Positions 1-13,726 of a DNA stretch of 64,000 bases are shown piece after piece. The stretch covers positions 1,984,001-2,048,000 of the forward strand of contig CATNEN010000033.1 in assembly GCA_950097015.1 (NCBI GenBank), read 5' to 3'. The position numbers and the translations under genes were made by a program. The number at the start of each line of letters is the position of its first letter. Position 1 is the first letter of the stretch. This DNA is from Macrostomum hystrix. Taxonomy: Eukaryota > Animalia > Platyhelminthes. The notes beneath the pieces were generated by a model. The model did not search any database and was not told the DNA's origin. It saw only the letters and a program-made list of their open reading frames with translations.

Positions 1-624
1 AATTGAAAAGGCAAGAATCTCATAACTTTAGTCTCCATGTAAAACGGAACAAAAAGGGAGCCTCACAGTGATATCACCTGCACAATTCTCTCTCACTAGC
101 TGGCCTGAAGAATCAGCAACAAAAGTTTTAGTGTTGGAGCACAATGCAATAAATCTAGGATTGCCTAGACTTTCCAGCTCACCAGACTGGAATAAACATA
201 ATCCAACAATCATATGTACAAAAACATTCAAGACACAATAGTTTTGATGACTATAGTTGGTTGTAGTGTCTCAAACAAACTTTTCTTGTACAACACTTAA
301 GCATGCAGATAACGCCTATGCCATATCTATCCATAGTGTGGATCATGTAGTGCAGACAAGAATTTTCCTGTGTGTATTTTCAGAAGTGGCATGCAGTGGT
401 GTACAAATTGGTCAGTGGCCTGCATAATGCACACTACATAATTACACTGGCATGGCAATGTTGCCAATGCATTTATGCATGCAGCAAAAAACATATTCAA
501 CTTTTTTTTAAATCTATTGTATATTAACAGTATAAATAGAGAAACAAAAATTAACATTTGTCTCCACTTGATTTGTGTTGCCTATGGATGAGTTAGCTCT
601 ATGTAGCAATGTATGCAGTGCGCT

Positions 625-760
625 GCACGTGGCCTACATCTTGAATGTGCATTGACTTCCAAGTTGCAGGTACTGCTTGACTGTTTTCACCTGCCTGTGA
701 CCAGTCACTTTACAGATATTGGCATTTGAGTAACCAACATCAGAAAACTCCTTGCAGAGC
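625..760 (-). pseudogene. Tyrosine-recombinase (Crypton-like) C-terminal fragment
   Basis: Minus frame after the TAG at 760-762 reads LCKEFSDVGYSNANICKVTGHRQVKTVKQYLQLG, resembling the G..x..I...TGH-x8-Y end of tyrosine recombinases. NHSMR lies just upstream in the same frame, but within sequence shared with the methyltransferase pseudogene. In-frame stops present. Confidence 0.4.
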
Positions 761-1469
761 TATTGCTGCGGCTGCCTCATGGAATGGTTGGAGCAGCAAA
801 TCAAACATGTCGACACCGGTGACGCCCATCTGAAGTGGTCCCAGACCCTCTGACTTGGCCACCAGCTGGAACACGTCCATGGCGGCAAGAAGGTCGCTGC
901 TGTTAGCGGCCTGATTATGCGAACATCCGATGGGATTCCAATTGCTCTAACAGACATTTGACATTGTTCTAAAATAAGAAAATGCAATGAAATTTACAGA
1001 ATTTTATCATGTAGTCTAAAAATTTACTGCAACATGCTAACAAAATATGTGTTAAATTATATTCACCTCATTGAAATTGGAAGGAAATCCATGGAAGTAA
1101 AGACGAAAATTTTCAAAGTCGTTTCTGAAATATTTGTTTTTATACGTAGGGTGTCCCAGAATTAGCGGGAAAAATCGATGCACAGGCAAACTGGTGCAAC
1201 ATAGTTTATTGAAACTTACGTCACTGATATATAAACATTCAGCAGTTCTAATGCTTTTTAAATCAAGTAAATATGTCAACTCATTAAAAAGTTTTAGCTA
1301 AAATTAGAACAAGGGGTAAGGGGTAGAGTTACACCAAGTCAAGGCCAGCGGAATCGGTCACGCAGCATCGCCATTGCTGACCTACTTCTTTGACTTAGCG
1401 GCAGGGAGCCTCCATGACAGACGCAGCGAGGAGGCGGCCGGTGCCGCCCATATCGCTAACCCCTGGCAG

Positions 1470-2110
1470 CATCGCCATCGCCGTCGACTGACGACTTTTC
1501 GACGAAGTCCCCCTTAGCTCGCAGCACTTAGTCCATCGCGTGAGAAGCGCATTGATGGCATCTGCATAAGCTCGACGCGGAATTTCGTGCAGCAGAACCC
1601 GCCTGAATTCACCTTCCAAGTTGTCGCGATGGTCAAAGATGCGCCCCCGCAGGTGCTTCTTTAACTGAGGGAAAATTGCGTAGTCGCAAGGAGCTAAGTC
1701 TGGTGAGTAGGGTGGGTGCGCAAGCAGATCAAAATTGAGTTCGTTGATACGATCAAGCGTTTTCTTGGCCGTGTGAGGTCGAGCGTTGTCGTGCAACAGG
1801 AGGTGAGGCTTCATCGCAGCCCTGCGCTTGTTGCGGATGTCTGATTTCATCTTAGTCAGCGTCTCCGTGTACCGGTCCGAGTTAACCGTGCTGTTAGGCC
1901 CAAGGAAGTCGATGGTCAGGGTTAGACCCAGAAGGGTCAGGTCAACCTTCTTGATCGAAGAAAAGGGTCAGCATGATCTTCTTGCAGTGCTGGTCTCGCT
2001 TCGCTTTCACAGGTGGATCTGAACCCTTCAACGCCCACACCTTGCTTTCTGCTTGGTCTCAGGGTCAAAGTGCGGTATCCAGGTTTCATTGCCGGTCACC
2101 AGATAGGGTG
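1470..2110 (-). mobile_element. Mariner (Tc1/mariner) transposase relic
   Basis: VTGNETW (about 2080-2100), KKIMLTLFFD, HDNARPH, HPPYSPDLAPCDY and, after a frameshift, GDFVEK. Several frameshifts. A possible TIR remnant (tagggtgtccca) lies near 1205. Confidence 0.9.
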
Positions 2111-2876
2111 TATCTGGTATTCGCTCGTATTTTAAGCGAATTTTTTTGAAGTTCTGTAAATTCTGTAAATTACCGAACTAGGCTACAACAAGCAAAAACA
2201 ATTACAGTTTAGCATATGATAGCTGCCTAAATTCCTGATGTACATAAATATATATCTCGGCTCCATTAGTAAAAAACACTAACCTGGCAGTTCAATCGCC
2301 CAACAGGCTACCTTCTGCCGCATTCATTTGAGCTGAAATTGGTAGGGATATTATACTCAAATCGCCAGAAGTATAATATCGCCAACTTAAATACTAACGT
2401 TAGTTTCCCTTTTGATTAGTCAAGATTAGTAAACATAGAAGCACAGCCGTTAATTGGCTGCGAACTTTTAATATCTGATTCAATATTGGGAACACTTTGA
2501 ACTGCAGACTTCACCTCTAAGTTGTTTAAAGTACTTATTGGTCTCAGTTGCTGCAAGCTGTTGAAACATGGCACAATGATTTCAACCGCTACAACATATT
2601 GAACAGAAACTACTTAAAAATAAATGAAAACGAAAAGTAATAAATTCCAGATCTACCTATCAATCAGACGAGCCAAGAGCTTTCACCTTCAAAGGCATTT
2701 TCCGGTAGATTATTTAACTCTTAGTCGTTATGATTATATTATTATATATTTTGCGGTGCCCTAAAGTAGTGGATACAAATAATAAGGATTCAAATAGTCC
2801 TGGTCAAACATGATATTTGTTGCATTATTAAACTTCATTAAATCAAATTAAAGTAAGTACATTTTACTTATTTCAG

Positions 2877-5369
2877 ATGTACCGTTTTAAAACCCTGAAG
2901 AAAACACGCAAGGTAACTTACGTTTCTGGCCTGCGTGGACGACCAAGATCAACAAAATACTCTGCCGGTAAAGACTGTTGGAATCAACATAGTGCTAAAT
3001 CTGCAGTTCAAAACACTTCTGGCACGTCCAGTTCTGTTTTTCAAGAAGCAGATTTCGACTTTGAAAGTTCGTCCGATTGCTTTATCGAGTGGGAAAATTA
3101 TGATTCATTTGTTGAAAATTGTTCACCGAGTTATCGGAAGTCATTTATTTTGAGCCAGTGCATACGCTGCCGAGAAAACCAAGGTATTTTTCGCTGTATA
3201 ACCTGTAACGTGGATCTATGTGCTGACTGCAAGGAAGTAACTCATGGAGATTTCGTTGCTCATAAATTTCTACTCTGGAATGTAAGCAAACCTACATATA
3301 TTTAGTGATCTTTAGCTCATAAGTGCACTTTTTTAAACGAAACAAGAAAAAAAGATCTCAACAGCAATTTTAGCGTCCAGGCAAAAGTTTTTACATGTGC
3401 AGCATGCGACACCTGTTGTGCTTTGCTGTCTCAGGGCTACTTCCCAGCAACGGCTTCATCAGATGGCGAATGTTTAACTTTTTTTTTCCTTTAGTTTCCT
3501 TTCACTTCTTGATTCAATGTGCATGGATGGACAGTTGCCTATGCATAGAGCAATTCACTCATTCTTTAAGGGCACAGTCGTGGGACAAGGTTGCTGGAGT
3601 CCAGACTTAGCGAAGAGTGTCTACCAACGTATTCAGCGGTACGGTGTACTTTTGCGCTTTCGCGAGTTGCAAAACCATAATTCATGTTGGCCAAAAACAT
3701 GCCTAAGTTGCCCAGAAAAAAACTCTAAACGCAAGACTGTTCTATGTGGGGATGGTCTCTTCGGTTGGCAGCAATTTGCAGCGTCGGGTGGAAAGCAGAA
3801 GGATTTACCAGGTGATGGTCGTATTTTGCCTGAACCTCTTATTTACGTAGATGGAAATTCTCAACAATGTTCTACTGTCCATCATCCTGAGCCTGACAGT
3901 TGTCCTAACTGGAGAGCTGGTAGTACAACTAAAGAGACCTCGAGAGGTGCCTCACGGAACAACGTCTATGGATTCTTTGGTCTGTTCTGCAGACACAATA
4001 GGCTTGAGACAGGGTGTGATATAAATACTCCAGGAGAGCGTCTTTGCTATCCAGAGGAATGCCTGCTTCATTATTTAAAAACGACGCCAGTGTCAAAGCA
4101 TCTACTGTTTATTTATGACGTTGGTGAGTAATCCGATTTAACATGCGTACAGTTTAAATCATATCATTATAATTCATACTTCGTGCAAAATATTTTTAAC
4201 AGTTTTCCAAAAAATATTGAAAGTGGCATAAAAAGTTTTCTTGCTCGAATATACTCGAAATCGTTTCAATTTCAGGTTGTCGTGTCTCCAATCGGGTCAA
4301 GTCTATCGTTGCACAGTCCGGGGCTGATGTCCATAGCAGCATGTGTGCTGTTAATGCGTTTCACGTCCTTGGACATAAAACTAGCTGTCAGCTGAATCTA
4401 TCCGTACGCGTTACTCCGGGAGCTGGCTTGTGTGACGGTGAGCATTCTGAACGAGCCTGGGCTGCCTTAAGACCGTATGGAAAGTTTTTTAAGTACATGC
4501 GGAATGATCGGAGGACAATGTCCATATCCCATATTTTACACAATTTCAATGCTCAACAACTTTTAAATGCACATGTGTGGTTTGCGCAAAGGTTGAAATT
4601 GATTACAACTACCTCTACAGCAATAAAAAACGAAATTCAAGCTCTAATGCATGAAATGGCTGTCTTAAAAAATTCTGGTTGTATTGACACTCGCTTTGAC
4701 GTATCGGATGAGCAGATTCTGGTCTTAGGCCAGCAATGGCATATGGAATCAATTTCGGGTCACGCCTCTCTTGAAGAAGATACGCTGGGCTCTTTAAGGT
4801 CAGTTGCCACTCAAAGAATATATTGGCTTAGAGAACTTGGTACTTCCACAGGTCAAAGTCGAACAAAAAGTTGTGCTCGTAGAGTTTTTAGTCTAACTTC
4901 GGAAATGCAGAAACTCTATTCCAAATTGCCACAAAACGATAGACCAACTTTTACAGAACTTCAAAACCCTCAGCATAGCTTCTATTCCGGAATTGCTAAA
5001 AACGATTTTACAGGAAGCTTTCGTAGACGCGCCATTGACGTAAGTCATAAAAAAGAGAGGCTTGATGAGGAAAAAAACTTTCTTTTTGATGAATGGCGTG
5101 ATATTCAGAAGCGTATTCAAGAGCATTGTATAACTTTAGAAGGTCAACCAGGTCTACCGGCACACTTTCACCGACTGTTTCAGATTATTTACCGGCAAAT
5201 TGAAAGTGTCCCTATAGCAATGCTCTCAGTCAACCAAGACTCAATCCAAAGTTTAACTCCCACGGTTGACAGTTTAGACAAAAATGATTCTAACGAACGA
5301 CTGGACGATCTAGATAACTCATTCAATTCAGCATCAGATGATTCTGATGATGACGAGACCGCGTGTTAA
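2877..5369 (+). CDS. KDZ (Kyakuja-Dileera-Zisupton) transposase with N-terminal CxC cysteine cluster; exons 2877-3281, 3381-4123, 4276-5369
   Basis: CIRC..FRCITC..LCADC..H..HKFLLW; LLSQGYFPAT; CLSCP..CGDGLF; GFFGLFCRH; GERLCYP; YDVG|C across a phase-1 GT-AG intron; NAFHVLGHKTSCQ; GAGLCDGEHSERAW. Intron phases are consistent. One +1 frameshift in the T-run at about 3479-3487. Confidence 0.9.
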
Positions 5370-5464
5370 ATATATATTAGCAGCTAAGTGCATCAAACCA
5401 AAAAGTCTCATAATATTTAAGTCAAAATGCAACACTTTACTATTAAGTATCTGCTATCTGACAC

Positions 5465-5935
5465 AAAAAAATGCTGGGACTGTCAATGTGCATTCATTGC
5501 TTTGACATTTTTCCCTCTGCAAAAAACTAATGCTGGGATTGTCAATGGGCATTCATTGCTTTGACATTTTTCCCTCTGCATAAAACTAATGCTGGGATTG
5601 TCAATGGGCATTCATTGCTTTGACATTTTTCCCTCTGCATAAAACTAATGCTGGGATTGTCAATGTGCATTCATTGCTTTGACATTTTTCCCTCTGCATA
5701 AAACTAATGCTGGGATTGTCAATGTGCATTCATTGCTTTGACATTTTTCCCTCTGCATAAAACTAATGCTGGGATTGTCAATGTGCATTCATTGCTTTGA
5801 CATTTTTCCCTCTGCATAAAACTAATGCTGGGATTGTCAATGTGCATTCATTGCTTTGACATTTTTCCCTCTGCATAAAACTAATGCTGGGATTGTCAAT
5901 GTGCATTCATTGCTTTGACATTTTCCCTCTGCATT
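5465..5935 (+). repeat. 59-bp subterminal tandem repeat, about 8 copies
   Basis: Unit aaaactaatgctgggattgtcaatgtgcattcattgctttgacatttttccctctgcat; period 59 read from coordinates. Confidence 0.95.
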
Positions 5936-6033
5936 TGTCAGATAAATTTTTCTTTCACGAACGTGACGCGCCTCATCGTGGCGTGAAAGTGAACAGTGCG
6001 CGTTTCAATCTTTTGCACTGGCCAAGACGTCAC
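5930..6033 (+). mobile_element. Transposon terminus (copy A), about 105 bp
   Basis: Reverse complement of 15095-15200 with one visible mismatch; identity ends sharply at ...ccaagacgtcac. Confidence 0.75.
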
Positions 6034-7446
6034 TACTAGTTAGTCTAGGTGTTTTACAACCTTCTGTACTGAATATCCACGAACCAATCACTTCATATAT
6101 TTTATTCTATCTATTCACATTCTTTATACCCAGAAATTTGCTGTTATAGTAGACTCCCTCTCACAAAGTTGACCTAATTTGTCTTGTTTCCGGTACGTAA
6201 ATCAAGAAATCAAAGCAATGAACGCTACTTTTAGTTTAAGATTTAGTATCATTTGCGATTCAGCTCTCAATCTGCGTGTTCTCAATATAATTTCCTGCTT
6301 TCATTCATTTTTTCCCTATGTTCCGTGGTGCACAACTGCTGGACTGGAGAACAATCGCACTCGGCACCAAAAGATGTAGTGGCACTTTTAGGCTTAAATA
6401 CAGGTAAAAGATGCTTTTAATTACTTAAATTTGTGACTTATTTATTGAATTTTATATTCTAGTTCAATTCCCACCCTGCCAGGAAATGCGAACTGGACTC
6501 GACAGTTTAGATTATTCGGAGGCAGCCTTGCAAAAACAGTGGCGAAGCCTGTCTGTCACGAGCAGAAACCGTAGCCGGCCGTCAGTGTCGGCCACCTTCG
6601 CGATGCGCGGTTTCTCAATGTACGACGGAAGATAATTGCATATTATGCACTGTCTGCAGCTACCCATCTAGCCGACTAGCGGGCCTGCCATCCCACCAAT
6701 GCAGCGCTGGAATACTGAGTACTGGTTGCTAACTGCAAAGATACATGCTTCTCACCTTAATTTGATATTATTTTGCGCATTCTCAAGTCCGTGTACTCTG
6801 TACTTACCCCCTGTTGAGCAGTTATTGCAATATGCACATTTTTCTTATTTACGAGTAGCTAGTAAATATACAAATTGTACTTCGTCTTACTGCTTGCTAA
6901 TAAATAAGTAGCTTACGAAATGCGCCCGATACCATCCCGTATAAAGCCAGTCTTAAATGGCGCATATTTTGTTACACCTACTGTGAGAAGCCTACTATGA
7001 AAGTGGTTGATAGTATATAACGACGTGTTATTCTTTGGAAATTATATGCTTAACATATCGCCATTCCAGCATTAAAATAATTTTGTGTACAATTTGTTAC
7101 TTAATAAAAAATTAATCAATTTTCGATATGTACAGCAAGCAAACCGATGCCTTAAGTACCCAAGTTCAGCCGACTGTACTTTTGAAAAAACAAGAAAGTG
7201 TTTCGTGTTTAAGATTTTAACAGTAACGGCATTGAGGTCGATTGCTGGTAATGTACTGTACGTATCGAGTACAATCGTAACAAGTAGCTCTACATGTACC
7301 TCAATCTCAGCAAAAATTAGATTAATTGGATGTCAGTATAGAAGTGGATTTCTCATCTCAATCTGATACGAATTTAACGCCAAAAGCCCCATTGTCAGAA
7401 CTCTGTTTCCTGAAGTGCAAGTGTAAATTAATTGTCATGATAGTCG

Positions 7447-10124
7447 AATTTAAGCAGTATGTATTCAACTCAGTGTAACCACTGATGAATCCGTCAATGT
7501 ACCCCCACTTCAACAGTTCAGATAGTCAACTATAAGCCGTATATATTCAACTCAGTGTAACCACTGATGAATCCGTAAATGTACCCCCACTTCAACAGTT
7601 CAGATAGTCAACTATAAGCAGTATATATTCAACTCAGTGTAACCACTGATGAATCCGTAAATGTACCCTCACTTCAACAGTTCAGATAGTCAACTATAAG
7701 CAGTATATATTCAACTCAGTGTAACCACTGATGAATCCGTAAATGTACCCCCTCAACAGTTCAGATAGTCAACTATAAGCAGTATATATTCAACTCAGTG
7801 TAACCACTGATGAATCCGTAAATGTACCCTCACTTCAACAGTTCAGATAGTCAACTATAAGCAGTATATATTCAACTCAGTGTAACCACTGATGAATCCG
7901 TAAATGTACCCCCTCAACAGTTCAGATAGTCAACTATAAGCAGTATATATTCAACTCAGTGTAACCACTGATGAATCCGTAAATGTACCCCCACTTCAAC
8001 AGTTCAGATAGTCAACTATAAGCCGTATATATTCAACTCAGTGTAACCACTGATGAATCCGTAAATGTACCCCCACTTCAACAGTTCAGATAGTCAACTA
8101 TAAGCCGTATATATTCAACTCAGTGTAACCACTGATGAATCCGTAAATGTACCCTCACTTCAACAGTTCAGATAGTCAACTATAAGCAGTATATATTCAA
8201 CTCAGTGTAACCACTGATGAATCCGTAAATGTACCCGGCCACTTCAACAGTTCAGATAGTCAACTATAAGCCGTATATATTTAACTCAGTGTAACCACTG
8301 ATGAATCCGTAAATGTACCCCCACTTCAACAGTTCAGATAGTCAACTATAAGCCGTATATATTCAACTCAGTGTAACCACTGATGAATCCGTAAATGTAC
8401 CCCCACTTCAACAGTTCAGATAGTCAACTATAAGCCGTATATATTCAACTCAGTGTAACCACTGATGAATCCGTAAATGTACCCCCTCAACAGTTCAGAT
8501 AGTCAACTATAAGCCGTATATATTCAACTCAGTGTAACCACTGATGAATCCGTAAATGTACCCCCACTTCAACAGTTCAGATAGTCAACTATAAGCAGTA
8601 TATATTCAACTCAGTGTAACCACTGATGAATCCGTAAATGTACCCCCACTTCAACAGTTCAGATAGTCAACTATAAGCCGTATATATTCAACTCAGTGTA
8701 ACCACTGATGAATCCGTAAATGTACCCCCACTTCAACAGTTCAGATAGTCAACTATAAGCAGTATATATTCAACTCAGTGTAACCACTGATGAATCCGTC
8801 AATGTACCCCCACTTCAACAGTTCAGATAGTCAGCTATAAGCAGTATATATTCAACTCAGTGTAACCACTGATGAATCCGTAAATGTACCCCCACTTCAA
8901 CAGTTCAGATAGTCAACTATAAGCCGTATATATTCAACTCAGTGTAACCACTGATGAATCCGTAAATGTACCCCCACTTCAACAGTTCAGATAGTCAACT
9001 ATAAGCAGTATATATTCAACTCAGTGTAACCACTGATGAATCCGTAAATGTACCCCCACTTCAACAGTTCAGATAGTCAACTATAAGCCGTATATATTCA
9101 ACTCAGTGTAACCACTGATGAATCCGTAAATGTACCCCCACTTCAACAGTTCAGATAGTCAACTATAAGCCGTATATATTCAACTCAGTGTAACCACTGA
9201 TGAATCCGTAAATGTACCCCCACTTCAACAGTTCAGATAGTCAACTATAAGCAGTATATATTCAACTCAGTGTAACCACTGATGAATCCGTAAATGTACC
9301 CGGCCACTTCAACAGTTCAGATAGTCAACTATAAGCCGTATATATTCAACTCAGTGTAACCACTGATGAATCCGTAAATGTACCCCCACTTCAACAGTTC
9401 AGATAGTCAACTATAAGCAGTATATATTCAACTCAGTGTAACCACTGATGAATCCGTCAATGTACCCCCACTTCAACAGTTCAGATAGTCAACTATAAGC
9501 AGTATATATTCAACTCAGTGTAACCACTGATGAATCCGTAAATGTACCCCCACTTCAACAGTTCAGATAGTCAACTATAAGCCGTATATATTCAACTCAG
9601 TGTAACCACTGATGAATCCGTAAATGTACCCCCACTTCAACAGTTCAGATAGTCAACTATAAGCCGTATATATTCAACTCAGTGTAACCACTGATGAATC
9701 CGTAAATGTACCCCCACTTCAACAGTTCAGATAGTCAACTATAAGCCGTATATATTCAACTCAGTGTAACCACTGATGAATCCGTAAATGTACCCCCTCA
9801 ACAGTTCAGATAGTCAACTATAAGCCGTATATATTCAACTCAGTGTAACCACTGATGAATCCGTAAATGTACCCGGCCACTTCAACAGTTCAGATAGTCA
9901 ACTATAAGCCGTATATATTCAACTCAGTGTAACCACTGATGAATCCGTAAATGTACCCCCACTTCAACAGTTCAGATAGTCAACTATAAGCCGTATATAT
10001 TCAACTCAGTGTAACCACTGATGAATCCGTAAATGTACCCCCACTTCAACAGTTCAGATAGTCAACTATAAGCAGTATATATTCAACTCAGTGTAACCAC
10101 TGATGAATCCGTAAATGTACCCCC
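7447..10124. repeat. 82-bp tandem satellite, about 33 copies
   Basis: Unit tatatattcaactcagtgtaaccactgatgaatccgtaaatgtacccccacttcaacagttcagatagtcaactataagccg; near-identical copies with no unique spacers. Confidence 0.97.
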
Positions 10125-10789
10125 TAAGTTTGTAGAACAGGTGCACATCTGGAATCGCGCATGCCGTTATTGGATAGCCCCTGATGTGCCGTCAAAAATT
10201 CAGCATCCGAAACTAAAAAAAATAACGATATTCGCACTTCAAAAAACTAACTTTTAGCTTTTGATGAATAAAAGTGCTAATTTTCTAAAACGCATAACAA
10301 AAATTAAGAGATTTTAAATCTAAGGCCCTATTTGGCTATCACCGGGGTCGGTATGTTGTACACTTGCTTCCGTTAGAAGCTCATAGCGGATGAAAGTTAC
10401 GGGATAGATGAAGTTGAGGGTAGAAGCTTGCCCACTGAGCTCAGGCAGAATGCCGAATAAAATAAAGAACGCTGATAATAGAAAGGCCAAAAGTATTAAA
10501 ATTGGTGAGCGTAATGTCTTTTGCTCGCCTCAGATTTGAACTCAAGTGACTCTGGGTTTTCGCTCATGCAAGTAATAGCTGGTTTACTAATAACGCAGAC
10601 TCAAACCACACAAGGGATGATTCACACGAAGGAATAAACGACTCAATGAACTTAATAAACAGGTTAGAGCCTAATAAACAAATAAACACAGAGGATAAGC
10701 GAGGCTGCTTACTAATAGAATTGATAAGGTGATGCTGCTTACTCATAAAATTGATAAGGGTTTCAAACAATTTTCCTAAGATCTGCGTC

Positions 10790-11633
10790 TAGCACCAGCA
10801 GCAGATAATCAACAACAGCGTTAATAGCAAAAATGACAACACAAATTATTGCACTTTTAGCAGCTGCGGCAGCCAGTCGGTGACGAAACTTGTCTTAGAG
10901 CCGCACCTCGGCATAGCTCAGCAGGATAAGGTCGTAGCAACATCCGTAGTCCCACGTAGTCTCCGTAGTCTGCTAGTTAGTAATAAAAAATTGAAAATTA
11001 TGAAAAATATATTTAAGTTTTTTTAAAATAACTAAAATTAATAAATAATAAATAAATAGAGCAGAGAAGTAAAATCAGGGACATTCCATCGTGGGCCAAT
11101 TCCTTATATACTTATTTATAACAAACATATTTATAACGAACGTTTCAATAATATATAAAATACAAACTACAAACCAAGATTAAATTAAGTTAACGGATGC
11201 GTACCTGACATGACTTATAGACTTTTCTTTGGGTTTTAGTTGTCCCTGGCTGTGGCCCAGGTGAAACTGCTCCGGGAAGCTGCTGATTAGCCCCTGCAGA
11301 GCTAACGCTGCGGCTGCCTCATGGAATGGCTAGAGCAGCCAATCAAACATGTCGACACCGGTGACGCCCATCTGAAGTGGTCCCAGACCCTCTGACTTGG
11401 CCACCAGCTGGAACACGTCCATGGCGGCAAGAAGGTCGCTGCCTGGGCCGCAGCCGAGTGACAGGACCTCATAGCTGGTGCTGCTGGTGTTTGAGCCCAT
11501 GATGGCGTCATAGAGCTCAGCTTGAATCAGCTGGCGAATGGACAACCGCTTCTTCGGGAGCTCGCACACTGTGTATGCGGCCCTAAATTCACTAGATTGG
11601 TAGAACCCTAAGTTTCCTTTGTCGCCTGACTGA
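10790..11633 (-). pseudogene. Class I SAM-dependent methyltransferase pseudogene; exons about 11205-11633 and 10790-10969
   Basis: FYQSSEFRAAY, motif I VLSLGCGPGSD, VTGVDMFDW, and YDLILLSY in the next phase-0 exon. In-frame stops at 11330-11332 and 10895-10897. Confidence 0.7.
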
Positions 11634-12059
11634 CTGGAAAACAAAAGTAGAATATTTTACTAATTTCAACAAAAATGTTTTTAAAATATATTTTGTGAGC
11701 ACAGGCTATGGAATCTGAGTCTCTATAGCACCTGAGTCTATCCTATCTAGGCCAATGAGATCTGAGTCTATGCCATGAATTTCTATCTGAGTATGAAAAG
11801 GCAAAATAATGAAAATAGGAGACAAACACATCAAACACATTGAGATTAACCCGGCTTAATTATATAATAATTAATTAAGAAGTCATATTGCTTAAAAAAA
11901 CACAGAGGATAAGCGAGGCTGCTTACTAATAGAATTGATAAGGTGATGCTGCTTACTAATAAAATTGATAAGGTGATGCTGCTTACTAATAGAATTGATA
12001 AGGTGATGCTGCTTACTCATAGAATTGATAATGTTTAACGGGTTTCAAACAATTTTACT

Positions 12060-12304
12060 AAAGCACTCCCGCTGGCGCACCGGCTCGATGTCATTGTCGA
12101 TGACGAATATTCGGCTGCCAAGTCTTAACACGTGAAACAAAGCAACTATGATGATTTCTAGAGAAGCATCATAGTTGCTTCTATGATGCTGCAGCAGCAG
12201 TCAGTCAGCGGTCAGCCAGTCAGTAACTGATCTACCAGACTGGATGCTCGTTGACACTACGTACTTTCCCTCCGAGGTCCACATCGCCGAACTGGCTGGC
12301 GGGC
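12060..12304 (-). pseudogene. Degenerate partial tandem duplicate of the methyltransferase locus
   Basis: Intron flank ggaaaacaaaagtagaatattttactaatttcaacaaa occurs at about 11636 and 12306. The region 10685-10790 is repeated at 11898-12060. Exon-like remnant VLRLGSRIFVIDND. Confidence 0.4.
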
Positions 12305-12489
12305 TGGAAAACAAAAGTAGAATATTTTACTAATTTCAACAAATATGTTTTTAGAGAGGCAGTCGATATCGAAATAATTATGGAAATTCGTCAGTAATAA
12401 GATAGGGCTTATAGGGCCCGACTTTCTCATCGTCTGGCAGTGTACACTATCGCTGTGCCCCTAAGTCTTCTCTCCGCGGCTGCGTTCAA

Positions 12490-12576
12490 AATGAATGTGG
12501 CCTCGCCGCGGAATCGAGCTCAGGGACCTCGGTGCGAGAGGCCAACGCGTTAGACCGATTTGCCACTCACCCGGCC
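12490..12576 (-). mobile_element. tRNA-derived SINE head or tRNA pseudogene
   Basis: Minus strand GGCCGGGTGAGTGGCAAATCGG...GAGCTCGATTCCGCGGCGAGGCC with A-box- and B-box-like motifs; poor acceptor stem. Confidence 0.55.
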
Positions 12577-13726
12577 CTAACCAATGTTACAAGCTCATTG
12601 AGTAGGAATTTTGTAGCTTATCTCAGCTGTTTACTACACAAAATGATTGAAGCAAACAACAATTTTTTTCTAATTGTTGCTTTATTTGAATCGAATAAAA
12701 TGAGCATATGATGAGCAGCGATAAGTAAATAACAAAACAGAGCATTAGTAGAGCTAACTAACATTAACACAATACAAGAACGGTACGTTTTTTGTATTTT
12801 ACTACTGCAATATCTATAAGAAAGTATTAAAATAACAGTGCACTATATCTGAATAACAATTTTATATTAATTAATAAAGGTTTGTACTAGCTAACTATAT
12901 TTTTGTAGAAAGCTTTGCACGTTAAAAAAAAGAACGGGAATTTAATTTGGCATAGAATTTAATTAGCGAGACATTGTAAACATATATGCTCATACTTAAT
13001 TACATTCGTGGAGCTTAGTAAAATAACTTTCGGAGCACTAACACAAGCTCCAAAATTTATGGCAATCATTTTTCATCTCCATTTTTGGATATTTTCATTT
13101 TGAATTAATGCTACTGATACTGATACTGGCACTGCTACTGACGTGTCAGAAAGACGTGGCAGTGTCTATGGAAAGTGTGAACGAACTGTTCTGTGTTTTA
13201 TTGTTTAAAATCATTTTCATAGATTTTTGAGCTTGTGTAACACTACCCCTGACCTTCGCGCACGTTTCTTGCTGCAGCTCCTGAATAGAAAAAGATATGA
13301 ACATGATTTTAATTTTGTTTTCTTTCTGACCAAATTTCCTTTCATTTGACACCATGGGCGTGAAATTTCATGGCTCCGTTGAAGAGCAACGTTGGACATT
13401 CCGGGAACTTTTGGGACACCCCTCGTAATATTTATAAAAAATCGAATGCTTTTAGTTCAGAAAAACACACGCAAAGGATGAATGTATAAGTACTTATAGG
13501 CATTGTAGTTTACAGACAAGCAAGCGGCGACAAAAATCGCAGTTTTTATCTTACTGAGTACGGAGATACACCCGAATTAGTAGTAGTAAAAACGAAAATT
13601 ATTAATCGTTTTAAAGTCATTTTTACCATAAAAAAACTAAAAAAATTAAAAAGCAGCTGTCGCATTTTCGCTAGAGAAAAACGAACAAAACTTGCCTAAT
13701 TTTCTACCTAAATAAATGTTAGCCCA

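Noticed and set aside
7447-10124. CRISPR-like periodic array
   Set aside because: Whole 82-bp units are near-identical, with no unique spacers and no cas genes; it is a satellite.
12490-12576. Functional tRNA gene (also considered for 30853-30925)
   Set aside because: Stems are imperfect, and the 30853 copy continues into a SINE body.
13395-13425. Mariner-like TIR (also tacgaggggg at about 19972)
   Set aside because: Only one end is visible, with no partner TIR or transposase; too weak to annotate.
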